Shown here piece by piece: positions 10,119-18,803 of a DNA stretch of 55,597 nt. The notes beneath the pieces were generated by a model, which had not been told where the DNA came from, did not search any database, and saw only the letters and a list, made by a program, of their open reading frames with translations. The stretch spans positions 1 to 55,597 of the forward strand of contig JAQBRD010000003.1 of assembly GCA_028286665.1 (NCBI GenBank). The letters are read 5' to 3'. This DNA comes from Candidatus Tayloriibacteriota bacterium (lineage in GTDB: Bacteria; Patescibacteriota; Minisyncoccia; Phycocordibacterales; PALSA-1337). The position numbers were made by a program, and so were the translations under genes. Position 1 is the stretch's first letter. The number at the start of each line of letters is the position of its first letter.

Positions 10119-11591
10119 CTAGTACCTGAGATAGTCACCGACCTGATCCATCCTCCGCAGCATAGCCATCCGTCGGTCAAATAATACATCAGCAAGTCGA
10201 TACGCTTGTTTGGCCGCTTGAAGCGCCTCTTGGGTTTCCATGGTCTTTAGTTGTCGACCCACATCTTGAGTACTTTCTCCAACCATCATGAGGGCATTAG
10301 CAATAGATTTGAGGCTGTCCACATCTTCTTTAACGTTTCTTGAACGCATTGTACCAATAGTTTCAACGCTATCCTGTAGGCGAGCAAATGACGCTGACAT
10401 CTCATCAAAATCTTGCGGCTCTTTTATGTCCATTTCACCGAGTTTTTTCATTGTCGAAGACATGCGGCCAATTTCATTGACATCAATGAGTTCCGCCAAA
10501 CGCTCATCATCTCTATTTCGGAGAACTCTGTCGAGCGATCCGAAATAATCAGACATCTGCTCTACAGTCTTTTTATACCCGCCCACTGATTCCGGTGACA
10601 CAAAAAAAGTTTCTGATTCCCTAGATGCTTCATTTTCAAGTGAAGGAGTATTTATACCGAGCGATTCTCTGACTTTTCTCAATGCTTCCGCATCTTGTTC
10701 TATCACCTTCGGTATTTCAAATTTACTTGGCTCAACCGGACCAGCCTCTTCCGTCTTTTGTTCCACTCGCTTTTCGGCTACCCCCGCCTTTTCGGGATTT
10801 TTCGGAAAATGTGTCTCTCCCGCATTTCTAAAATCAGAATGGAGCTTATCAACTTGACCATAATAGCTCAAAACTTCCTGCTCCGAACCATCAGCTTTTC
10901 TCACGGTGTATGGCGTAAAGGATGTATCAGTAAATCCGCGACCGGCCATGACCTGACTTCGCAACGCATCTCGCTTTCCGAAACGGCCACCGAGCGACTT
11001 CAATTCTTCTGTGCGTTCCGGATCCATATCCTTGAAGAAAGCATCTCGTCTTTTTCCAAGATCGAGCTCCAGATTATCCTTATCTGAACGCAACCAGACC
11101 TCATCTTCTTGACCGACTCCACGCTCTCTCATTCCCTTCTCAACTTCTTTATGGCGTGCGGTTATATCACGTAATCTATTGAGATCGCTTTCGTACTTTC
11201 GGATAAAATCAGACTCTTCCGCTGGCAATGACCGCACTTCTTGCTCGCTCTTCAAAACACCCGCCAATTCAGAATCGGGTGATATTTTCTCCGTCATCAA
11301 CTCCAACTTTTCGTCAGCATCTCCGTGACTAAATATAATGTATTCGGGATTGATAGTACCAGCTTCCACTTCCTTCAACTCTTCATTATATGAAGCTATT
11401 TTTTCCTGCTCTGCTTCCTGTTGCTGAACATCAATTTTCGAAATTAGGACAAAATCGTCAGATAGGTGAGTTTCTTCCGTGCGTTTTTTTGCAGATGCAA
11501 TATCTTCCTTTATCTTATCGCTCGCCTTCATCCTCAGAACTTCTATTGGCGTAATCTCCTGTGTTGGTATGGGTTGTTCTAGCTTTTCCAT
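10119..11591 (-). CDS. Hypothetical acidic coiled-coil protein
   Basis: Long open frame rich in E/K/D; start placed at MEKLEQ after a TGn-TATTAT -10 element. Confidence 0.75.
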   Translation of the reverse strand: MEKLEQPIPTQEITPIEVLRMKASDKIKEDIASAKKRTEETHLSDDFVLISKIDVQQQEAEQEKIASYNEELKEVEAGTINPEYIIFSHGDADEKLELMTEKISPDSELAGVLKSEQEVRSLPAEESDFIRKYESDLNRLRDITARHKEVEKGMRERGVGQEDEVWLRSDKDNLELDLGKRRDAFFKDMDPERTEELKSLGGRFGKRDALRSQVMAGRGFTDTSFTPYTVRKADGSEQEVLSYYGQVDKLHSDFRNAGETHFPKNPEKAGVAEKRVEQKTEEAGPVEPSKFEIPKVIEQDAEALRKVRESLGINTPSLENEASRESETFFVSPESVGGYKKTVEQMSDYFGSLDRVLRNRDDERLAELIDVNEIGRMSSTMKKLGEMDIKEPQDFDEMSASFARLQDSVETIGTMRSRNVKEDVDSLKSIANALMMVGESTQDVGRQLKTMETQEALQAAKQAYRLADVLFDRRMAMLRRMDQVGDYLRY

Positions 11592-11610
11592 TGTGTGGTA
11601 GAATAATAAC

Positions 11611-11991
11611 ATGCAATTTACTGATGTCAAAACAGCTGATGAATACATGAATTTGGTCAATAAATATTCTTGGCTCGTCGACTCAGAGCTCAAAAAAGTT
11701 GAGCTTAATATCAAGGAGCATCCAGCTCATTTGGATATGAATATCGAATCTCTACCTAAGCTGATCTCGCTCGTGAATGTGATAGGATATCTGAGAGGAC
11801 AAAATAACGCATTCATCGAAATACGACCCCATGACGTAATTGAATATCAACCTGAGTTGTATAAAAATGAAGATGCATTCGAGTCTCGGCTACACGCTAT
11901 AATCACGACCATATGTGTAGATCCTAAAAATCTTGCGCTGTGCAAATCTACCCTCGAGCGGCACTTCATCGAGTATCGACTAAAGAAATAA
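11611..11991 (+). CDS. Hypothetical protein
   Basis: 126-aa ORF preceded by TGG-TAGAAT extended -10 (leaderless). Confidence 0.65.
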   Translation: MQFTDVKTADEYMNLVNKYSWLVDSELKKVELNIKEHPAHLDMNIESLPKLISLVNVIGYLRGQNNAFIEIRPHDVIEYQPELYKNEDAFESRLHAIITTICVDPKNLALCKSTLERHFIEYRLKK

Positions 11992-12022
11992 GATCAAAAA
12001 TTATTAATATAAATTAAAAAAT

Positions 12023-12529
12023 ATGAACGAGCAAGAAAAAGAGATCAAAAATCAAAATGGATTCGATGGCGTGCATGAGCTTCCTGGATCGGCTACTTTA
12101 TTTCAGGCTCGAAAGGGTGAAAAATACGGAATCTACTCATCTTCTAGAAAAGCGCTTGTCGTCCCTGTCGAGTTTGATGCGGTAAATCTTCAAGTCGATA
12201 AAGACAGGGTTTCAGTTGAGAAGGCAGGTAAGCACGGCATGTATTCTATCTCGCACGAGAAAATTGTCGTGCCGATTGAATGGGATTTTGTGAGTACCTC
12301 ACCAAATCCTACTAACACTGACACCTACGAAGTAGTAAATGGGAAGAAGCATGGTGTGTATTCACGTTTGGAATCGAAGCTCATCATGCCTATCGAATAT
12401 GACACCATCATAGAATTGGTCGGTTCAGACCACTTCAAGGATTCTCCTTACAATGGACAATACCGCGTACAGCTTGAAGAAAAAATTGGTAGGTTTGATC
12501 CAAAGACGCAGTCTGTAACTTGGAATTAA
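12023..12529 (+). CDS. WG-repeat-like beta-repeat protein
   Basis: Three K(Y/H)G(I/M/V)YS....K.(V/I).P.E(F/W/Y)D repeats. Confidence 0.7.
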   Translation: MNEQEKEIKNQNGFDGVHELPGSATLFQARKGEKYGIYSSSRKALVVPVEFDAVNLQVDKDRVSVEKAGKHGMYSISHEKIVVPIEWDFVSTSPNPTNTDTYEVVNGKKHGVYSRLESKLIMPIEYDTIIELVGSDHFKDSPYNGQYRVQLEEKIGRFDPKTQSVTWN

Positions 12530-12815
12530 TCTGAATCGTCAGATTCTTTCTCTATAACTTATCAATGACCGAGGACGGCTTTTTTCACCATCACGAATTT
12601 TCAACTGCCATTTCATAATATGCCATATGATCCGAGATTAGTCGGGTTAAGTGACAAATAGCTATATGTAGCTAGGCGTCTCGTGCGCGATAACCTAGCT
12701 CTAATTGGCGGAGTGAGATTCGGTCACAGGTATTTTTCTACTGAAAAATCCCGCGACCCCGCCTCGCTCGCCTACGCGAGCTCCGGCTTTCTCATCTACG
12801 CTCTGCTTCACGCAG

Positions 12816-12856
12816 AAATGAAAAAAAGAACTGCAGAAGCAGTTCTTTTTTCATTT
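12816..12856 (-). terminator. Terminator downstream of tRNA-Ser
   Basis: AAATGAAAAAAAGAACTGC-AGAA-GCAGTTCTTTTTTCATTT. Confidence 0.75.
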
Positions 12857-12858
12857 TG

Positions 12859-12945
12859 CGGAGAGAGCGGGATTCGAACCCGCGATGCCCTTTCGGACAT
12901 TCTACGGTTCCGGGGTAGCCCATTCGACCGCTCTGGCATCTCTCC
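12859..12945 (-). tRNA. tRNA-Ser (GGA), long variable arm, atypical anticodon loop
   Basis: GGAGAGA/TCTCTCC acceptor stem, G73, GGTTCGAATCCC T arm, long variable arm; anticodon arm CTACC-CCGGAAC-CGTAG. Confidence 0.85.
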
Positions 12946-13011
12946 ATCGACCACGATAGTAACACATAACAACCTCATAGGAAAACTAAAAAATATATTT
13001 TTTGTTTTTCC

Positions 13012-14034
13012 CTACCAACCTCCGCTCGCACCGCCTCCCCCCGAGCTTCCCCCGCCGAATCCTCCGAATCCGCCTCCGCTCGAGCCGCCAAAGCCTCCCG
13101 ATCCCCCGAAGCCTCCGCCGCCGATCCACCACGGCGGACGCCGGCCGCTCGTCATGGAGCTTGCGAACGCTTTCGAGACGATGTAATCGAAGATGAGGCC
13201 GATGATGGCGAAGGCAGCAATGGCAATGATGCCGATGAAAAGGAATCCATATATGAAGCCGACGACAACTCCGGCGATCGCGCCGAGGACGCCGCCGAGC
13301 CACCAGGATTTCGATCTGCCGAGGATGCTCGTGCACCAGATGAGGGCGAAGACGATAAAGAATATCCAGTTTCCGCTTCCGCCTCGCGAAGAGGATTCGC
13401 CACCCGAACGGTTGTCAGGATTTCCAGCACCACTTATATATTCAGGATCCTTCGATATCGTTCCGATGATGACATCTGTCGCACCGTCGACGCCTTCATA
13501 ATAATGACCGGCTTTGAACGCAGGTGTCATGACATTACGGATGATGCTGCTCGCGACAGAGTCCGTGATGACCGGCTCGAGGCCGTAGCCGACTTCGATG
13601 CGGATCTTGCGATCATCCCGGGATATGAGGATGAGCAGGCCGTTGTCCTGCTGATTGGGTGTACCTAAAGCATTCGTGCCGACACTTTTGGCCGAGCCGA
13701 TTCCCCATTCCTGAAAAAGCTTCTCGCCGAAATTCTCCACGCTGTCGCCGCCAAGATCCTTCACCGTCGCGATCACGATCGCGTTGCCGGTCGTCTTTCC
13801 GAAATCGACGAGCTTCGTCGCGAGCGCGTCGCGTTCAGCCGAGGAAAACATTCCCGCGAAGTCGTTGACGAGACCGACCGGCTTGCCTGGGCTCTGGTAT
13901 GCATATGCCGGGGCCGCGCTGAATCCGCCGAACATGCCGAATGCGGCAAATACGGCAAATGCCGCCGCGAAGAGCGGCAGCATGAGCGCTGAAATGAAAA
14001 CGACCGCACCTTTTTTTGCGCGAATCGTTTTCAT
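13012..14034 (-). CDS. TPM domain (DUF477/YgcG-like) membrane protein with Gly-rich tail
   Basis: VNDFAGM, WGIG...DNGLLILI...RIEVGYGLE motifs; ends GGGSSGGGGASGGW. Confidence 0.9.
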   Translation of the reverse strand: MKTIRAKKGAVVFISALMLPLFAAAFAVFAAFGMFGGFSAAPAYAYQSPGKPVGLVNDFAGMFSSAERDALATKLVDFGKTTGNAIVIATVKDLGGDSVENFGEKLFQEWGIGSAKSVGTNALGTPNQQDNGLLILISRDDRKIRIEVGYGLEPVITDSVASSIIRNVMTPAFKAGHYYEGVDGATDVIIGTISKDPEYISGAGNPDNRSGGESSSRGGSGNWIFFIVFALIWCTSILGRSKSWWLGGVLGAIAGVVVGFIYGFLFIGIIAIAAFAIIGLIFDYIVSKAFASSMTSGRRPPWWIGGGGFGGSGGFGGSSGGGFGGFGGGSSGGGGASGGW

Positions 14035-14041
14035 ATGCGTA

Positions 14042-14614
14042 TTACATAGTTATCTTCGGAGCCTTCGCCGCTTCTGCATCAGCCTGGAAATATGGGCGCT
14101 CATGGAATCCGAACATCGCTGCGATGATCGAGCTCGGGAATCGCTTCGCGAGGACATTGTATGCTTGGATATCGCTGTTGAATCGCGATCGTTCTACTGA
14201 AATGCGGTTCTCCGTTCCGGCGATTTCAGCGACGAGCGACTGGACGTTCTCGGATGACTTGAGCTGCGGATAATTCTCCGTGATGACGAGCAGGCGTCCG
14301 ATCGCGCTGTCGAGCTGCGATGCTGCCTTCGCCTTATCATCGATAGAGCCGCTCGTCTGAGCGCCTGCGTATCGGGTCCGGGCATCGGCGATAGCGCCGA
14401 ATACCGCTTGCTCCTGCTTCATGACGCCCTTCGTCACCTCGACGAGGTTCGGGATGAGATCGTAGCGTCGCTGATACTGAGTCTCGACCTGCTTCCACTG
14501 CGCTGTCGCCTGTTCATCGATCGCGACGAATTTGTTATATGCGCTGAAACCGTAGATCAGGACAAGGACAGCGATGATGCCGACGACGATCCAGGCTTTT
14601 GATGATGTTTTCAT
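14042..14614 (-). CDS. lemA: LemA family protein
   Basis: QYQRRYDLIPNLV, ENYPQLKS and TENRISVER motifs. Confidence 0.95.
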   Translation of the reverse strand: MKTSSKAWIVVGIIAVLVLIYGFSAYNKFVAIDEQATAQWKQVETQYQRRYDLIPNLVEVTKGVMKQEQAVFGAIADARTRYAGAQTSGSIDDKAKAASQLDSAIGRLLVITENYPQLKSSENVQSLVAEIAGTENRISVERSRFNSDIQAYNVLAKRFPSSIIAAMFGFHERPYFQADAEAAKAPKITM

Positions 14615-14663
14615 GTGCAATATGCCGAAAGAGACAATCGGCGATTACTGATATGTCGTAAGG

Positions 14664-15341
14664 CTATTTCGTTGCTCCAGAATGAAGCGCTTCATTGTCG
14701 CCGTCTGCGGATACTACGAACTGGAATGATTTCACGAGATTCTTGAATGCAGTATCAGCTGCAGTGATGGCTGCCTTGTTGTTCTCGGTCGCTTTTGCCG
14801 CGTCAGCTGCTGAGAGGCCCTTGGTAGAAGGGTTCGAAGTGATCGCTGAGAAGTTGAACATATAGCAGATGCTGCCCTTCGGAGTCGAATACATTCGGTT
14901 GAAGTATTCTCGGCCCTGAGAAGCGTTCGACATCGCGATCATGCTGAATGCTGCATCCTTGACCTTGATCGAGTCGCGTTCCTTGATCGTAGTGACCTGC
15001 GGGAACGTACATGAGCCGGGAACGACGTCGATGTTCACCTGGAGCTTGCTGATGGTGTTTTCACCGATGTCAGCAACCTTCGTAGGAGCAGTGAAGATCA
15101 CGCCTGATGGAGATGCTTCGTTCGTCCATGCCGTAGGATACTGGACTGAGAAACCGAGTTCCTCGTTCTTATATGAAGAAAGCTTGTCTGAAACCTTCTC
15201 GACGCTTGTAGGATTCGCAATATTGATCGTAGTATCAGATGAGGTGCCAGGAGCAACCTTGTCCGCAGTATGACCATTGAAATACCAAGCAACCAAGCCA
15301 ATAACGATGAGAACGACTACGATAATAATTGATTTTTTCAT
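14664..15341 (-). CDS. Membrane-anchored secreted protein, PsbP-like
   Basis: N-terminal TM; YKNEELGFSVQYPTAW motif; ends with a VKSFQF-type segment. Confidence 0.65.
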   Translation of the reverse strand: MKKSIIIVVVLIVIGLVAWYFNGHTADKVAPGTSSDTTINIANPTSVEKVSDKLSSYKNEELGFSVQYPTAWTNEASPSGVIFTAPTKVADIGENTISKLQVNIDVVPGSCTFPQVTTIKERDSIKVKDAAFSMIAMSNASQGREYFNRMYSTPKGSICYMFNFSAITSNPSTKGLSAADAAKATENNKAAITAADTAFKNLVKSFQFVVSADGDNEALHSGATK

Positions 15342-15377
15342 GCGACGATTATAGCATCCGCATACTGCTTTCACAAG

Positions 15378-16010
15378 CTATGAAGTGAACTTCGCGCTTG
15401 CGACGAGCGCTTCGAAATCCTTCAGATTCTGGATGTCGCGCGGAGTTCCCTTCGGTTCGTACGGATAAAGTGAGAAATGATAGACAGTCTGTCCGGCTTT
15501 CTCGCCCGCCTTCGCGCTGACGAAGAAATAGTAATCGAGCGTATGCGGAGATCCGGCATTCGCATGCTCGACCCGTTCGATGCGGATTCCGTTCTTCGTT
15601 TCAGAAGTATGCAGCGTCGGCTTTCCTGTGAAAGCATTCTCCAGGAGCTCGTTCGTCATGTACGCATCGATCGTCGTCGGCTTGTTGTGATAATCCGCAA
15701 GCGGCCCGGTCCAGACGACCATCTGATCGCCGAGCGCGAAAGACTCGCTTTCGATTTCAGGATATGTACTCTGCTTCAGGAGGACGACCGCATTCCCTTT
15801 GTCGAAGGCATGCCAGGTCGATTTCGGATATTCGAAAGAGATTCCTTTCTGCTGATCAGCATATGAAACTGATGAATTTGAAGCAGACGAAGCAGCGGAT
15901 GCCGGTTCACGCTTCTGTTCGAGAGCCTCCTGCCGATTCCAGAAAACGATACCCGCGATCAGAAAGAATGCGAAAATGAAGACGCCGGCTGTGAGGATTT
16001 TTTTATGCAT
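15378..16010 (-). CDS. Membrane-anchored secreted protein, PsbP-like
   Basis: N-terminal TM; YADQQKGISFEYPKSTW motif; ends FEALVASAKF. Confidence 0.6.
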   Translation of the reverse strand: MHKKILTAGVFIFAFFLIAGIVFWNRQEALEQKREPASAASSASNSSVSYADQQKGISFEYPKSTWHAFDKGNAVVLLKQSTYPEIESESFALGDQMVVWTGPLADYHNKPTTIDAYMTNELLENAFTGKPTLHTSETKNGIRIERVEHANAGSPHTLDYYFFVSAKAGEKAGQTVYHFSLYPYEPKGTPRDIQNLKDFEALVASAKFTS

Positions 16011-16160
16011 GCATCCATTATAATATGAAGCCCAGGAAATTGCCTGCGGACTTTTATTGACATTTGTATGTTTGTGTGATAAAAATACCCCCAAACAGAA
16101 CGAATGCGCAAAGAAAGCTATACACGGCTTTCAGCACATTCCTGAAATAGGAATCAAGAA

Positions 16161-16535
16161 ATGCAATCGAATGAACCGGAAAAGGACCCGAAGTTACTGA
16201 ACATCTGCCTCTGCCTCGACAGCGAGAAAATGAAGCACAGGATACTTGTAGCGCTCGGCGCCCTCGGTGATGGAATCTTCAGATTCGTCAAAGATCCCGC
16301 TGAAGCAGACCTCATCATCACGGATGCTCGCGGCGGTGAAGACGGTGCTGACAGCCTCTGGAAGCGGCATTACAAGCCGGATCTTGGCAAGATGCCGCTC
16401 ATCATGATACCTGTATCGTCCAATATCGCCGAGACTATGCCTAAAGGAATGGACTCGTACGATCCCGAAAAACCGAAGTCGAAGATTCTCGCAGTAGCGA
16501 GCAAGATGTTCGAAATTCGGTCCGCGACGCCATAA
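16161..16535 (+). CDS. Hypothetical protein (possible degenerate receiver-like fold)
   Basis: 124-aa ORF containing ADLIITD, followed by a strong hairpin at ~16539-16586. Confidence 0.55.
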   Translation: MQSNEPEKDPKLLNICLCLDSEKMKHRILVALGALGDGIFRFVKDPAEADLIITDARGGEDGADSLWKRHYKPDLGKMPLIMIPVSSNIAETMPKGMDSYDPEKPKSKILAVASKMFEIRSATP

Positions 16536-16646
16536 AAAATGCCCAGCCCCTCAGCGAGATACGCCAAATCGCTGAGGGGCATGCTTTTTATGCCCCTTTC
16601 TGCAGGAATTTGCCAGCCGAAGCCGGGTATGCTACGATATTGAGCA

Positions 16647-16880
16647 ATGAAGACTATTTCATCTCTGCTTCCCTACATACAGATCGGGCTCGCAATCCTT
16701 ATGGTTGTGTCTATCCTCTTGCAGCAGACCGGCGCTCAGATCGGCGGTGCTTTCGGCGGATCGGATAATTTCAGCTCGGCTTTCCACACTCGACGAGGCG
16801 CGGAGAAAACACTCTTCATCGTGACGATCGTTATCGCGATCCTTTTTGCGGTTTCTGCTCTCGTTTCACTCATCAAATAG
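16647..16880 (+). CDS. secG: Preprotein translocase subunit SecG
   Basis: ILLQQ..A.IGGAFGG...HTRRGAEK with two TMs. Confidence 0.95.
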   Translation: MKTISSLLPYIQIGLAILMVVSILLQQTGAQIGGAFGGSDNFSSAFHTRRGAEKTLFIVTIVIAILFAVSALVSLIK

Positions 16881-16943
16881 CCCCCGATTTTCGAATGCAG
16901 CTTTCCGCGGCTTCGATCATTATCAAATTACAGATCTATCACC

Positions 16944-18761
16944 ATGGCATCACGTGAATTCCGTCTCAAGGGCGGCGAGCGCATCCTCGCTATGATCCGA
17001 CATTTCTCCGCGACTGAAAAAGTCATTTTCGGCTTGCTCGTGCTTGCGTTATTCGTGAGCACGCTCATCATGGTCGTGCGCATCAACAATCACTTCCTCG
17101 TGCCAGTGCCAGCAAACGGCGGGACTTTGACCGAAGGCGTCATCGGGCTTCCTCGCCTCATCAATCCTGTCATCGCGGTGACCGATGTCGATCACGACCT
17201 CAGCTCGCTCATCTATGCAGGACTTCTCAAATACGATCAAGGCGTCATCGTGCCTGACCTTGCCGCTTCATATAAGGTTTCCGAAGACAATCTCACATAC
17301 ACCTTCACCCTGCGCGACGATGTCTATTTCCATGATGGCACGCCAGTAACCGCCGATGATGTCGAGTTCACGATTCAGAGAATACAAGACCCGGCTATCC
17401 AGAGCCCTCGGCGCGTAGACTGGAAAGACACTGAAGTGAAGAAGATCAGCAGCACGGTGATCGAATTCACCCTGAAGCAGCCGTACGCGGCGTTCATAAA
17501 CAATTTCACGACAGGCATTCTCCCGAAGCATATCTGGAAAGATGTCGACTCGACCAAATTCGTCCTCGACCAGCACAACATCGAGCCGATCGGCGCAGGC
17601 CCCTACAAGATCAGCGCGATCTACCCTGACAGCAAGAGCGTTCCGACTTCATACAGGCTTGTTCCATTCAGCAAATACGCAGGAGGCATGGCGCATATTT
17701 CAAATATCAATATCGAATTCTTCCCGAATGAGAAGACGGCTCTCGATGCGCTCCGGAACGGAAGCATCGACAGCATCGCATCAGTCTCGCCGAAGGAAGC
17801 AAGCAGCATCGCTTCGAGCACGCCGAGCGCTTCTATCCAGAGCACGCCGCTCCCGAGAATCTTCGCAGTATTTCTGAATCAGAACAATCCTCTCTTCGCG
17901 AACAAGGAGATCCGCCAGGCGCTCAGCATGAGCGTCGACAAGGATAGCCTCGTGAAGGACGTCCTCAACGGATACGGAGTGCCGATCGACGGTCCGGTTC
18001 CTTATGGAAGCTTCAGCGGCCTCAGCGCTTCGACGACCGCAGCATCGAAGACCGCATCAACGACCTCTTCATCGAAAGACGCTGCTCGTCAGCTCCTCGA
18101 GAAATCGAATTGGGCTATCAACGCGAACGGCATGTATCAGAAAATGTCGAAGAAGGAGACGAAGACCGTCAAGGGCGGAGGCAGGACTACGACGACTACG
18201 GTCACCACTGTCGCCGGCCAGACATTCGAATTCTCCATCGCGACTGCAGACAGCCCCGACCTGAAGCAGACAGCCGAGTTCTTGAAGAAAGAATGGGAGA
18301 AGATCGGCGCGCATGTCACCATCAAGGTCTTCGAGGCTGGAGATCTCACCCAGGACATCATCCGGACCCGCAAATACGACGCGCTCCTCTTCGGCGAAGT
18401 CGTCGGGAAGGATCTCGACCTCTATGCGTTCTGGCATTCATCGCAGCGAAATGCTCCCGGCCTCAATCTTTCCATGTACGTGAATGCGAAGACCGACAAG
18501 CTCCTCGAAGATGCCCGTAAATCCCCGAACAACGCCTCGCGCCTGAGCACCTATGCCGACATCGCTTCGCTCATCAAGGACGATGCCCCCGCGGTATTCC
18601 TCTATTCCCCCAACTTTATATACATTATTCCAGAAAAGCTGAAAGGCGTGATGCTCGATCATATCACCGCAGCATGGGATAGATGGAATGGCATCGGCTC
18701 GTGGTACATCGATACGGACAATGTATGGAAGGTGTTCGCGGACGACGAGAGTCAGAAATAA
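16944..18761 (+). CDS. Peptide ABC transporter substrate-binding protein (SBP family 5)
   Basis: GGTLTEG, LIYAGL, PDLA, YTFTLRDDVYFHDGTPVTADDVEFT and PIGAGPY motifs. Confidence 0.92.
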   Translation: MASREFRLKGGERILAMIRHFSATEKVIFGLLVLALFVSTLIMVVRINNHFLVPVPANGGTLTEGVIGLPRLINPVIAVTDVDHDLSSLIYAGLLKYDQGVIVPDLAASYKVSEDNLTYTFTLRDDVYFHDGTPVTADDVEFTIQRIQDPAIQSPRRVDWKDTEVKKISSTVIEFTLKQPYAAFINNFTTGILPKHIWKDVDSTKFVLDQHNIEPIGAGPYKISAIYPDSKSVPTSYRLVPFSKYAGGMAHISNINIEFFPNEKTALDALRNGSIDSIASVSPKEASSIASSTPSASIQSTPLPRIFAVFLNQNNPLFANKEIRQALSMSVDKDSLVKDVLNGYGVPIDGPVPYGSFSGLSASTTAASKTASTTSSSKDAARQLLEKSNWAINANGMYQKMSKKETKTVKGGGRTTTTTVTTVAGQTFEFSIATADSPDLKQTAEFLKKEWEKIGAHVTIKVFEAGDLTQDIIRTRKYDALLFGEVVGKDLDLYAFWHSSQRNAPGLNLSMYVNAKTDKLLEDARKSPNNASRLSTYADIASLIKDDAPAVFLYSPNFIYIIPEKLKGVMLDHITAAWDRWNGIGSWYIDTDNVWKVFADDESQK

Positions 18762-18803
18762 CAGAATCGAATTATCAATCATTATCAATAATCACAGAAA
18801 TAT

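Noticed and set aside
12683-13186. 167-aa Pro-rich plus-strand ORF
   Set aside because: It is antisense to tRNA-Ser and to the Gly-rich tail of the TPM gene, so it is a shadow ORF.
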